Shown in pieces: positions 18,518-30,698 of a DNA stretch of 64,000 nucleotides (positions are counted from its first letter, which is position 1; every line of letters starts with the position of its first letter). The stretch is from an uncultured Gammaproteobacteria bacterium. GTDB lineage: Bacteria > Patescibacteriota > Patescibacteriia > UBA9934 > GWF2-40-263. The DNA is taken from positions 393 to 64,392 of the forward strand of contig CAZIDX010000001.1 in NCBI GenBank assembly GCA_964538435.1, given 5' to 3'. The notes beneath the pieces are model-generated. The model saw only the letters and a list, made by a program, of their open reading frames with translations, was not told the origin of the DNA and did no database searches. A program made the translations under genes and the position numbers.

Positions 18518-18550
18518 AAAAACGCTCACCTGAAAGGTGGGCGTTTTTAT
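18518..18550 (+). terminator. Rho-independent terminator after the tRNA (ACGCTCACC/GGTGGGCGT + T5)
   Basis: Hairpin plus TTTTTATT directly after the CCA end. Confidence 0.7.
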
Positions 18551-18708
18551 TGGTACCCGATCGGAGGATGAGAACCTCGCGGGTTCGATGCGTGAGAGAG
18601 CGAGAGTGATAAATGATAGTCGGTATCGGTTCTAAGACTTTCATTTATCACCGAGCGAACAAACGCAATATTGTGTTGGCATCCAACACAATATTCCCCG
18701 TGGGGTCC

Positions 18709-20859
18709 CTACAAAAACAACCTTACCAACCTAAGCTCATCATACCTGTACCTCTCCCCAAGCTGATGATACACCGCAGTAATCGACGTCCCCCCAGACG
18801 CCTTGAACCCAGCCACCATCGCATCAAACGCCTCCTTGTGCGGCTTCAGATGCTCAATATCCTCAAGCTCTCCAGCCCTCACCAGTTTTTCAAGATGCTG
18901 AATGATTGTGCCTTTGCTCAGCTTGCGTTCGTCCGCAACCTGCATAATCGACATCTTCTTTTCAAACAAGGCTTTAGTCTCCTCGAGCGTGCTACTGCTT
19001 CGAGTCGGTCTGCTACTAATCCTCGTTGCTTTCTTTTCAGGAACAGGAATCTCCTCCACATTGTTCTCATCTATATACGCCGCAATGCACTCCAAGAACG
19101 CTTTTCCAAACGCCTCTACTTTTTGCTTTCCAACACCAAAGAGATTTGAAAAGGCTTCCATGCTAGAAGGGAAGTAGTACGCCATTTGGTGCAGTGTGCG
19201 GTCGCCAAAGATGACGAACGGGGGAACATTCTGCTCGTCTGCGATCTCTTTACGCAGCGCACGGAGTTTTTCAAATGCCTCAAGATCGTAATCAAGGTTC
19301 GTCTTTACTTTACTTAGCTTTGTCTTTTTCGCAGGGGTCTGTGCAACCGTTGTCACAGGGAGATGAATAGCTTCCTTATTCGTCAGAGCACGCTTTCCTT
19401 TCGCACTCACACTAAGCGTCGGATACTCTCCCGTGCTTAGCTCCAGATACCCGCGCTTCTTCAGTGCATGCGCATACTCACGCAGCGCGCCCGTAGGAAT
19501 TTCCTTTGCAATACCGTGGACAGAGAGTTTGTCATGCCCGAGCTCGAGCAGACGCTTTCTCTTGGACCCATGGAGCACATCACAAACATGCGCAGCACCA
19601 AAGCGTTCTCCTGTTTTGAGAATCGCTGAGATAATCATCTGAGAGATTTCTGTAGCAACAGCTTCCTCAACAGGCGCCTGAGCACAGTTATCACATGTCT
19701 CGCACTCTGTGGCTGCATCTTGTTCGCCAAAATACATGAGCAGATAAAAGCGTCTGCAGACCTCGTTCTGGCAGTACTCAACAACGTCATCGAGCTTACG
19801 CAAGGCCGTCATCTTTTCATGCTCACTGTCGATGTGATTGATAAAGTACTCCTGCTTACGCCGATCGCCATACGAGTAAAACAAAACGCAATCACTCGGC
19901 AGTCCGTCGCGCCCAGCACGGCCCGTTTCCTGATAGTAACTCTCAATCGTCTTTGGAAGATCCATATGCACAACAAGTCGCACATCAGGCTTATCGATTC
20001 CCATTCCAAACGCAATCGTCGCAACAATAATCTCAGTCTCATCTCGAATAAACCGATCCTGCACACGCACACGCTCTTTCTTAGGAAGCCCAGCATGATA
20101 CGCAGCAGCCTTAAGCCCAACATTCGAGAGTCTGCGAGCTGTGTCCTCGGTGTCCTTCCGCGAAAAGCAATACACAATAATCGACTCTCCCTTGCGAGAC
20201 TTGAGCAGCTTTGCAAGCTCAGTAAATGTATTAAGCTTTGGCCTCACACTGTAATGAAGGTTTTCTCGGTTAAAACTGGAAACAAAAACCTCACCTTTTT
20301 TAATGCTGAGCTGATCCAAAATATCCTTCCGCACAATCGGCGTTGCTGTGGCTGTAAGCGCAATCACCGGAGCGCCTGAGACTCTGCGGCGCAGCATGCT
20401 CAGGTTGCGATACTCAGGTCTAAAATCATGCCCCCACTCAGAAATACAATGTGCCTCATCAATGGCAAGTAGACTCACCTCAAGAGACTCAAGAAACTCA
20501 GTAAACCCAAATGCATTCACACGCTCAGGAGCAAGATACAAAATCTTCAGCTCACCAGAAACTGCTTTCTTCTTCACAGCCTCCCGCTCCATTTTCGTAA
20601 GCGAGCTATTCAAAAACGCAGCAGAGATCCCGTTGGCACAGAGCGCATCCACCTGGTCCTTCATCAGAGCAATAAGAGGGGAGACCACGAGCGTGATTCC
20701 AGGAAGCATCAGAGCCGGTAGCTGAAAACACAAAGACTTACCACCTCCAGTCGGCATCAAAACAAAAGCGTCCTTGCCAGAGAGAACTGTATCAATAACC
20801 TCCTTCTGCAAAGGACGAAACTCATCATAACCAAAATGATCTTTCAAAAGTTTCTCCAT
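18709..20859 (-). CDS. recQ: ATP-dependent DNA helicase RecQ with an extra C-terminal domain
   Basis: DEAD/DEAH helicase motifs (PTGGGKSLCFQLPA, DEAH-box, HRDC region) and about 100 extra C-terminal residues. Start set at MEKLLKDHF (20859) rather than the ORF-track 20943. Confidence 0.9.
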   Translation of the reverse strand: MEKLLKDHFGYDEFRPLQKEVIDTVLSGKDAFVLMPTGGGKSLCFQLPALMLPGITLVVSPLIALMKDQVDALCANGISAAFLNSSLTKMEREAVKKKAVSGELKILYLAPERVNAFGFTEFLESLEVSLLAIDEAHCISEWGHDFRPEYRNLSMLRRRVSGAPVIALTATATPIVRKDILDQLSIKKGEVFVSSFNRENLHYSVRPKLNTFTELAKLLKSRKGESIIVYCFSRKDTEDTARRLSNVGLKAAAYHAGLPKKERVRVQDRFIRDETEIIVATIAFGMGIDKPDVRLVVHMDLPKTIESYYQETGRAGRDGLPSDCVLFYSYGDRRKQEYFINHIDSEHEKMTALRKLDDVVEYCQNEVCRRFYLLMYFGEQDAATECETCDNCAQAPVEEAVATEISQMIISAILKTGERFGAAHVCDVLHGSKRKRLLELGHDKLSVHGIAKEIPTGALREYAHALKKRGYLELSTGEYPTLSVSAKGKRALTNKEAIHLPVTTVAQTPAKKTKLSKVKTNLDYDLEAFEKLRALRKEIADEQNVPPFVIFGDRTLHQMAYYFPSSMEAFSNLFGVGKQKVEAFGKAFLECIAAYIDENNVEEIPVPEKKATRISSRPTRSSSTLEETKALFEKKMSIMQVADERKLSKGTIIQHLEKLVRAGELEDIEHLKPHKEAFDAMVAGFKASGGTSITAVYHQLGERYRYDELRLVRLFL

Positions 20860-21254
20860 AGAAAAATATAAGCAAACAAAAAAACGGCCTGCGGCCGCGT
20901 TCTTCCTACGCAATTCGTAAATTGAGTCTAACGTCGTTTTCACGTTTTGTCAAAAAACGAATCCACACCCTCATCTCCAAACTATTGACAAATCAATACG
21001 CCCACCTTCAGGTCGAGGATCAAGACGAACTCGACTAACCAGAGCACGACACTCTGACCCCCCCAAAAGGGGGTTTTCATTTTCAAACACGTAAAAACGT
21101 AACAAAACGTAACCCGGTTACGGAGTTTTAGCTAAGGTAAGTACTTTTGTCGAGGTCTTAGGCACATATGCGTCGATCGTCGCATATGTGCCTAAACAAA
21201 AAGCTTCGAGCTGAAGTCCGAGGGCCTTCGGTGGAGTATTAGAAAAGAGCAGCT

Positions 21255-22142
21255 CTACGCTGCTCCGTGATAGCTGTCCAAGAAGTCTTGCATGGCCTGG
21301 AAGTACCGCGCAGACACCTGGTAGTCCTCCTTGAACCGCGCATGCTCCCGGAAAGGTGCCATGCAGGTTCTGTAGATGTAGCATTGACGGCAAGCGCTGT
21401 CATCTTGCTCGCTGCTGCCCATCGCCTTGCAGATCGGACAGATGTCGTAGCGGTAGCTGACTCGACCACTGCGCTCGAAGTTGCCAAGCTTGACCCTCAG
21501 GCCCTCCCGCACGACCCTGAGCTGTGCAGGGCTCAGCTTGACAAGCTCAGCGCATGTCAGGTTGTCGAGACAAACATCATCGTCCACGACCAGCATCTTG
21601 AAGACTTTGAGGTCGTCGATGTGGTTAGGGTACAGGGCGAGGTAGACATCGCACGCAGTGCGCTCCTCGTTCGTGATCTCGCGCCGATTGTACGCATGCG
21701 CCTGAAAACCCATCTTGCGCAGGAACTTCCCAAACGCAAACGGCTCAGCATCCCTGTCAGCATCCAGGTAGATCATGCTCTTCAGGTACATGAGGTGGAT
21801 GTCGTCCGGCTTCTCTCCGCTCTTGACCAGATCGTGGTGATGGTTCGCGGCGATGTCTCGCAGCTCTGCCATGAGCCGACGAGCAATACCGCGGCCACGG
21901 TACAGCGGGATCACAGTGAAGTTGCGGAACGTCAGGTGGTACATGCTCAGCGTGTACTGCACCCAACCAACAACCTGGTCGCCCTTGTAGCACACGAGCG
22001 TGCACTCGTCCTTACCAAGAAGCGGGCTAGCCGCGAGCATGGTTTCAAAGTACGGCCCAAACACGTTTTGGAAATGCGGTCGCTTGTGCACACACAGCTC
22101 CAAAGGAAGCGCCTCAGCCCCCTCCAACCGTTCGATTCTCAT
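21255..22142 (-). CDS. GNAT-family N-acetyltransferase fused to a Cys-rich C-terminal domain
   Basis: Acetyl-CoA-binding motif VGWVQY...IPLYRGRGIARRLM; C-terminus contains CPIC...C..C...C cysteines. Confidence 0.6.
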   Translation of the reverse strand: MRIERLEGAEALPLELCVHKRPHFQNVFGPYFETMLAASPLLGKDECTLVCYKGDQVVGWVQYTLSMYHLTFRNFTVIPLYRGRGIARRLMAELRDIAANHHHDLVKSGEKPDDIHLMYLKSMIYLDADRDAEPFAFGKFLRKMGFQAHAYNRREITNEERTACDVYLALYPNHIDDLKVFKMLVVDDDVCLDNLTCAELVKLSPAQLRVVREGLRVKLGNFERSGRVSYRYDICPICKAMGSSEQDDSACRQCYIYRTCMAPFREHARFKEDYQVSARYFQAMQDFLDSYHGAA

Positions 22143-22254
22143 AGGAATCTCCCTTCATGGCTTCACCCGACCATAGGCGAATTTCGAGCTTTTGTCAAGG
22201 CTTGCAGGCACAAATGAAACAAATCTGTTATCATTTTTGTATACATATCTGACT

Positions 22255-22452
22255 ATGCCAAACACAAAACGTAAAAACATCTATCCTGGCCTGTACGTGG
22301 CAATCGTCCAAAAGCATCATCAAAAGACCGGACAGTTGACACAGGGCCTTGTAAAGGATTTACTGACCAATAAAGCTAATCATCCACGCGGAATCAAAGT
22401 CCGTCTCGACACAGGAGAAGTCGGCCGCGTGCAGCATATTTTAGAATCGTAA
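22255..22452 (+). CDS. YwbE-family small protein (DUF2196-like)
   Basis: GLYVAIVQK..QKTGQLTQGLVKDLLT...HPRGIKVRLDTGEVGRVQHI matches my recollection of the YwbE pattern; start at 22255 within the ORF-track ORF. Confidence 0.6.
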   Translation: MPNTKRKNIYPGLYVAIVQKHHQKTGQLTQGLVKDLLTNKANHPRGIKVRLDTGEVGRVQHILES

Positions 22453-22462
22453 ACTCAATCTT

Positions 22463-23284
22463 ATGAAAAACACTCTCGCCATTCTCTTGCTCGCTCTGCT
22501 CGTCTTTGCCGGAGCTGGTTGTGCAGGGCAAGAAGAAACTCAGGAGGAGGTACAAGAACCTCAGGTCGAAGAGGCGGGTCTCTATGAGGAGGCTGACCTC
22601 GATCAGGCCTCGGGGTACGAAGCGCATGCTCCTGGTTACTGGACCTTTAAAATTGTCGTGCCTGGAGAAGGGGAGATCGATTCAAACCTCGCTCTCTTTG
22701 ACGATGGAACCGCGCAAGGGCTCTTTGGCTCTGCAACAGCATATGGAGCCGGCACGCAACACATTAACTACGGAGCAAACGATACAGGTTCATGGGAAAT
22801 GGTTGATGAAAGCACACTCAGATTCGCAGGAGGATCCGTCCAACCGTTCACCGGCACATTCACAAGCGAGACGAGTATGAGCGGATCGCTCATTGACACA
22901 TCAGGATCATCCTGGCCTTGGACAGCAATCAAGACTGGTGAGATCGACAGAGTACTCGAGATTGCAGGTGAGTGGATGCTCAACTTCACTGTGAACGGAC
23001 AGGAGCGATTCGAAGAGCTTCGCTGCGCACCAAACGGTCTGTGTGAAGTTGTGTGGGAGAAGTATCCAGGTGTCTACGAGGGTGCGCCAAGCGAAGAGCG
23101 TTTCTACACATACCACCACGCCGGAGGATATGATTTCCAACTCGAATCCACTGACGGCAGCCTAAGCCTGGACCTCACAGCAGGATGGGAAGATTACTGG
23201 GGAGGATGGGAAGCAGACGGAACAGCAACGAACAACGGGGACGGCTCATCAGATAGCGCCTCTGGAGTAAAAATGGCAAATTAA
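22463..23284 (+). CDS. Secreted lipoprotein, unknown function
   Basis: Signal peptide MKNTLAILLLALLVFAGAGC with a lipobox cysteine. Confidence 0.5.
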   Translation: MKNTLAILLLALLVFAGAGCAGQEETQEEVQEPQVEEAGLYEEADLDQASGYEAHAPGYWTFKIVVPGEGEIDSNLALFDDGTAQGLFGSATAYGAGTQHINYGANDTGSWEMVDESTLRFAGGSVQPFTGTFTSETSMSGSLIDTSGSSWPWTAIKTGEIDRVLEIAGEWMLNFTVNGQERFEELRCAPNGLCEVVWEKYPGVYEGAPSEERFYTYHHAGGYDFQLESTDGSLSLDLTAGWEDYWGGWEADGTATNNGDGSSDSASGVKMAN

Positions 23285-23344
23285 AATTCAAAGATAAAAC
23301 ACCCCATAAAACGGGTGTTTTTGATTTTGCCTGGACCGATAACA

Positions 23345-23373
23345 TTGACAAAATGGCGAAAATCGAGTATTCT
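23345..23373 (+). promoter_or_regulatory. Sigma70-type promoter TTGACA-N17-TATTCT preceding a leader of about 235 nt
   Basis: Read directly from the sequence; a terminator hairpin for the upstream gene lies at about 23297-23323. Confidence 0.5.
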
Positions 23374-23607
23374 CCAATCTTCTTTACCCAATACCAAGGC
23401 AACTATCGCAGCCAAAAATTGCATAGAAACACTCCATGTTCCCTCATGAACAACAACAGCTCAGAGGTTTTTGCAGGGAGTTTTTGTTTTGTGGTCGCTC
23501 GTGCTCAATGGAGGCTTTGCACGGGTTGTCACCGAACAGGTATTACGCCTGAAACGAACAACCTCCCATGCGCTTTTTGCGCTTCCTGTTCATCACAAGG
23601 AGACTTC

Positions 23608-26430
<2,823 letters not shown>

Positions 26431-26442
26431 CCCCAACGCTAG

Positions 26443-26482
26443 GGGTTCACGGAACCGAGTCTCTCTGAGGCTCGGTTCTTTC
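26443..26482 (+). terminator. Rho-independent terminator (GAACCGAG/CTCGGTTC + T-run)
   Basis: Hairpin followed by TTTCGTTTCC after the repeat-protein gene. Confidence 0.55.
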
Positions 26483-26528
26483 GTTTCCAAAAACTTCCAA
26501 TCGTTGTTATGATGAATCAAATAACAAT

Positions 26529-27851
26529 ATGGAAGAAGAAAACAACAAAAACACGAAAGTTCTCGTTACAATGATCGTTTTGCTCGCTGCGCTTCTTGCT
26601 GCTTTTGGCACTTGGGCATATCTGGCTTACGTAGCCCCAGATCAAGAAGAGGTCGTTCAAGACGAGTTGGATATTCAGACGGAAGATGAAGTCTCTGTCA
26701 GCGATGAGACCAGTCGTGCAAACATCGCCTCACCAGCCGGCCTTGATTACAGTGAAGACGAGCTTGTCTACGACGGCAATGCTCCGGTGTACGTGACGCT
26801 TTACTCACACAATGAAGACTCATGGGAGTACAAAGTAAACTCTCCAGACAAGTATTACAGCTATCGCGAGGATCTCATTCACCGCTCAGAAGTCATTGCA
26901 GAATACGGAATCGAGTGGAACTGGCAGACGGATCAGCCAGTTGTCGAAGCAATGGTTGAGTACGAGTTTGATCCAGGGTTTAAGGCCACCTACGAGCTCT
27001 CAGGGGATGCGAACAAAAACGTACTTGAGTACCTAGAAACGCTGGGTGTGCATTTTGATCCACATGCGCACACGAATAACTACGCAGACATCGCCTTTAT
27101 CATGGAGGAATTCCTGGGAGTGGATGCAACACCTGTGATCGGCGGACTCACGCATGTTGAATGCGGGCGTGAGCTTTACGGATTCCTCGACTACATGAGC
27201 TGGCATGAGCAAATCGATCTGCAGCCTGATGGCTATGTGTATGGTGAAGACTATTCAGAAGCCAAGTGGAAGCCAGAGATTCTCTCAGATCCGGGAATGG
27301 GTGGGCATTATTTTGATGACTACAGCATTGGAGTCTGGAAGCCGGGGAACGAGGATAGTTTCTATAATCATTACCCAAACAACGACATTGTCTACATTGG
27401 TGAAGGGTATCCTCACGACACAACGGTTATTGGCACACACCATGCCAGCGGAGCAACAGTTTGGGCAGAGGATGGTGCATACATCAAAGAGCTCGTTGAA
27501 AAAATCGAAAGCAGTGAGCTGCCAACTGGTCTTGTGACCGGAGAAAAGTTTATGTACACCGTGTCGGTTCACATGCGTGACACTGAGACTGTTACAGAGG
27601 GGGGTGGCGAGCCAGTGAACACCGCAGATGGAATTTCAGATTTCCTTGATGAGCTTGCGCCACTTCGAGACGCTGGGAAAATCGTTTACGTTGATTTCGA
27701 AGAGGCAGCGCGCATTTGGCAGGACGAGTTCAACGCACTCCCGTACTTTGTCAGCCTAGAATCGTTTTCATTCTACAACGAGCTTCGATCTGAAGCTGGA
27801 GACTTCTGCGAGGCAAGGCTCGAACTAGAGACTAAGCGACCACAGCGGTGA
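26529..27851 (+). CDS. Membrane-anchored hypothetical protein
   Basis: N-terminal TM helix (VLVTMIVLLAALLAAFGTWAYLAYV) followed by a large soluble domain; no motif recognised. Confidence 0.5.
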   Translation: MEEENNKNTKVLVTMIVLLAALLAAFGTWAYLAYVAPDQEEVVQDELDIQTEDEVSVSDETSRANIASPAGLDYSEDELVYDGNAPVYVTLYSHNEDSWEYKVNSPDKYYSYREDLIHRSEVIAEYGIEWNWQTDQPVVEAMVEYEFDPGFKATYELSGDANKNVLEYLETLGVHFDPHAHTNNYADIAFIMEEFLGVDATPVIGGLTHVECGRELYGFLDYMSWHEQIDLQPDGYVYGEDYSEAKWKPEILSDPGMGGHYFDDYSIGVWKPGNEDSFYNHYPNNDIVYIGEGYPHDTTVIGTHHASGATVWAEDGAYIKELVEKIESSELPTGLVTGEKFMYTVSVHMRDTETVTEGGGEPVNTADGISDFLDELAPLRDAGKIVYVDFEEAARIWQDEFNALPYFVSLESFSFYNELRSEAGDFCEARLELETKRPQR

Positions 27852-27852
27852 T

Positions 27853-28752
27853 ATGAAAAGGATCAAACACATTCTAGACACATTCATGCTTGGAAACATC
27901 AAGCAGGTTAAGGACGTTCCATCAAGCGGGAACGTTCTTTTTGATATTGAATCTGACCAAGGGCGCTACTTCCTAAGATTCAACCCCTCAGGTGGACCTC
28001 GTCACAGAACAGAAGAGGAGGTGCACGCTGAGATCGAGGTGCTTGATTTGCTCAAGGAAAAGGGAATTCCAGTTGAGTCTGCTGTTCAAAACAATGACAA
28101 CCAACGTGTGTTCTCGCATGAAAACGCTTTTGGCTATCTGAGAAATCACATTGAGGGTGAATACAAAAATGATCCAAGCGTTGAGGATGTAAAAAAAGTA
28201 GGGGAGCTGCTTGGAAAGATTCATGCAATCACGCAGGACTATCAAACAAAGCACGAACGCAAACATCGCTGGGATCTAGAAAATGCCAAGCAGTTTCTCA
28301 AAGAAAAGGCCGAGATCATGCCGCTTGGCGTAAAAGCTCGAATTGAAAAAGAGTTTGAGAATATGGAGTTCGGAAGCAATCTGCCAACCGGCATGCTTCA
28401 CGAAGACCTTGGAAAGCGACATGTGCTCTGGAAGGATGATGAGATCGTCGGTGTGATCGACTTTGACCGCATGTACCACGGTCCACTCATCCTAGATGTG
28501 GGGCAAGCGATTCGCGGATGGTGCTTTTACGGAGATTGGGAGGAATTCAGCGAAGAAAGATTTGAGGCATTCCTGAGCGGATATGAGTCCGTGCGCAAAC
28601 TCACATCAGAAGAAAAAGACGTGCTCATGGACGCACTGCGTTTTGCCCTGCTCGAGCGCGCCATGTCATTCATCGTCCGCTTCGCAGAAATGACAGAAGA
28701 CCCAGAAGACAAAAAATTCGCCTACGACACTATGAACTTGGTAGGGAAATAG
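27853..28752 (+). CDS. Phosphotransferase of the APH / homoserine-kinase-like (protein-kinase-like) family
   Basis: Catalytic-loop-like HEDLGKRHVLW and IDFD motif; translationally coupled to the upstream gene (TGATATG). Confidence 0.6.
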   Translation: MKRIKHILDTFMLGNIKQVKDVPSSGNVLFDIESDQGRYFLRFNPSGGPRHRTEEEVHAEIEVLDLLKEKGIPVESAVQNNDNQRVFSHENAFGYLRNHIEGEYKNDPSVEDVKKVGELLGKIHAITQDYQTKHERKHRWDLENAKQFLKEKAEIMPLGVKARIEKEFENMEFGSNLPTGMLHEDLGKRHVLWKDDEIVGVIDFDRMYHGPLILDVGQAIRGWCFYGDWEEFSEERFEAFLSGYESVRKLTSEEKDVLMDALRFALLERAMSFIVRFAEMTEDPEDKKFAYDTMNLVGK

Positions 28753-28769
28753 AAAACACACCCAATCCC

Positions 28770-29354
28770 TCAGGTGTGCGCAAGTGTTTCCGGAAAATAT
28801 TCCAGAAAGGACTCGTAGAACACGGGCCCTTTTTTTGTATACGTAGCTTCCACGATCACAACTCGAGTCCGTGCATGCCCAAGCTGTGTGTAGTCACCTT
28901 CCTCCAAGTGTCTCTGGCCCCAGGCCCTCCGGATCACCCTGTAGACCCCAGGAACGTTTTTCAAGTCCCAAGACTTCCGTGTTCCTCGAAAGCCTCGGTC
29001 AGGCTGCCAGTCATACACACCACGGCTCATCCAGTGCAGACCACGGGACACCCAGAACCGCAAGTGTGTAAGAGCAGGTGCGTGGACGTAGAAGATGAGG
29101 TTGTATTCATCGAGTTGCATGAGCGCCTTGCTGCCGAATGCGTGGATGTCCTCGATGAGCCAGATCGTATCCACATCAGCCGGATCGATGTATCTGGGAT
29201 CGGCTAGGTAAGTGTCAGCAGGATTCCTCTCCCTTGAGTACCCATCCACGTCCACTTGCACAACCTTGTGCCGCTGCGCATGGAGTGTCTTGGCAAGGTG
29301 TCGTCGAAACGAACTCTTCCCAACATTCCCCAGTCCAGTGATCAGAACGAGCAT
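28770..29354 (-). CDS. P-loop NTPase / small kinase-like protein
   Basis: Walker A GLGNVGKSS at the N-terminus; about 194 aa. Confidence 0.55.
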   Translation of the reverse strand: MLVLITGLGNVGKSSFRRHLAKTLHAQRHKVVQVDVDGYSRERNPADTYLADPRYIDPADVDTIWLIEDIHAFGSKALMQLDEYNLIFYVHAPALTHLRFWVSRGLHWMSRGVYDWQPDRGFRGTRKSWDLKNVPGVYRVIRRAWGQRHLEEGDYTQLGHARTRVVIVEATYTKKGPVFYESFLEYFPETLAHT

Positions 29355-29843
29355 TAGCGCCTCCAGTCTTGATTCAGGTATTGACCTTAAGTCTCTTGCA
29401 TAAAAAAGTCAAAAGGAAAACTCAGCCGAGTGGCTGAGTCCGTGACGTTACGCTCCAAGGGTAAGACCCCCGGCAGCGAAATCTGAGGCAATCACTTCAA
29501 TCAGGTTGAGTACTGATAGAAGTGACGTCTCAAGCTGGCCCGCAAGGAGCGGGAAGAAGAGTTGAAGGACCAGCAATGTCATCACGAGCATAAAGAGGCT
29601 TCGCATATGGATCGTTGGTTAGATCCAGGGGCCGCAGAGCTGACTAAGCCCTGAGTCGGATGACGTTTGCATGGTCACCTCATCCCTTGGGGTAATCCGC
29701 CGAAACTCAGCACATCGCTCCAAGAGACAAGAGACATTTGTGGGACATACGATAATAGCAAGAAAACCGTCTTTTGTCAACCCAAAAGATGTCCATGAAT
29801 AACAAAAATGCTCAATCGAAAAACCCCACCGGAGTGAGGTCTG

Positions 29844-30037
29844 CTAGCCAACGCCGTCTTGCGTCAGGCCAGTGTCGTAGGAGAGGTCTTCGAGCTCGCT
29901 GGCAGACTCCTGCGCTTGATGCCAGTGTTTGAAATGAGTATGCATAGAGCGAGCGAAGTACCAGGGGAGTAGCGCGACCACTGCCGCTGCCACCAGGAAA
30001 TCCCAGTTCTTGCGAACCCAGGCGAGTTTAGTGTTCA
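29844..30037 (-). CDS. Small membrane protein (64 aa) overlapping the 3' end of the pilin gene
   Basis: Internal ATG at 30037 gives MNTKLAWVRKNWDFLVAAAVVALLPWYF...; a terminator hairpin lies just downstream near 29813-29843. Confidence 0.35.
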
Positions 30038-30426
30038 TGCGCAAGCACCCTGATTGTCGCCGAACAATACTTCTCGCCATTGAGTCTGTGGCAACACACC
30101 AGGAACGGCTGCTCCTTCTCACGCACATCGAATGCGCGCACGGTGTAGCCTGCCTGCTCACAGCGCTTGCATCCAAGCTGCTTTGCCTCCTCAGTGGTCC
30201 AGGTGTGAGCAACCCAAGCGTCGAAGTAGCCGACTGCCTCCACCGCTTCGATGGCATCCTGCTCCGTGATCTTTCTCGTGTTCACAACTGTCTGCTCACC
30301 ATCCTCAAGCCCCATGGCACGCTCGCGCATGGCAATGAAGCTCGGGATCGCAATAGCAGCAATGATGCCGATCATGGCGATGACGACCATCAGCTCGATC
30401 AGGGTGAATGCGCGCTCGCTACTCAT
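30028..30426 (-). CDS. Type IV pilin-like / pseudopilin protein (prepilin-type N-terminal domain)
   Basis: MSSERA|FTLIELMVVIAMIGIIAAIAIP class-III signal; C-terminal cysteine pairs including FLVCC. Confidence 0.7.
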   Translation of the reverse strand: MSSERAFTLIELMVVIAMIGIIAAIAIPSFIAMRERAMGLEDGEQTVVNTRKITEQDAIEAVEAVGYFDAWVAHTWTTEEAKQLGCKRCEQAGYTVRAFDVREKEQPFLVCCHRLNGEKYCSATIRVLAHEH

Positions 30427-30581
30427 CGGCTGACCTCGGAGGTCTCCTCGACCTGAGCAGGCTCATGCGCGCTGTTCCACTTCTCATTGTATTGATGTGC
30501 GACGTACATGACGATTGCAATCGCGATGATGAACAGCACGATCATGATCTCACCAACACCGAATCCTCTCAGGAATCTCAT
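30423..30581 (-). CDS. Micro-ORF (52 aa) hydrophobic peptide between the two pilin genes, not in the ORF track
   Basis: RBS GGAGAAAGGAGAG; MRFLRGFGVGEIMIVLFIIAIAIVMYVAHQY...; its TGA overlaps the ATG of the pilin gene. Confidence 0.4.
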   Translation of the reverse strand: MRFLRGFGVGEIMIVLFIIAIAIVMYVAHQYNEKWNSAHEPAQVEETSEVSR

Positions 30582-30698
30582 TGAAGGCTCTCCTTTCTCC
30601 AGACAACGACATTACGCAGAAGATGCAGTTTTGTCAAGAATCAGAAAACCCCACCAGCGGCGGGGTCGTTGTCGAATATCTCGGCTTTCTCTACTCGC

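Noticed and set aside
18556-18600. Possible second tRNA or tRNA pseudogene (GGAGGATGAGAACCTCGCGGGTTCGATGCG)
   Set aside because: It has a T-arm-like GGTTCGAT word, but no acceptor, D or anticodon arms can be drawn. It is treated as part of the att-like remnant instead.
23353-23607. ORF-track start at 23353 for the giant repeat protein, which would add 85 N-terminal residues
   Set aside because: The upstream extension lacks an RBS and a signal peptide. ATG 23608 has RBS AAGGAGA and is followed by a lipoprotein signal, so the upstream part was treated as a 5' leader.
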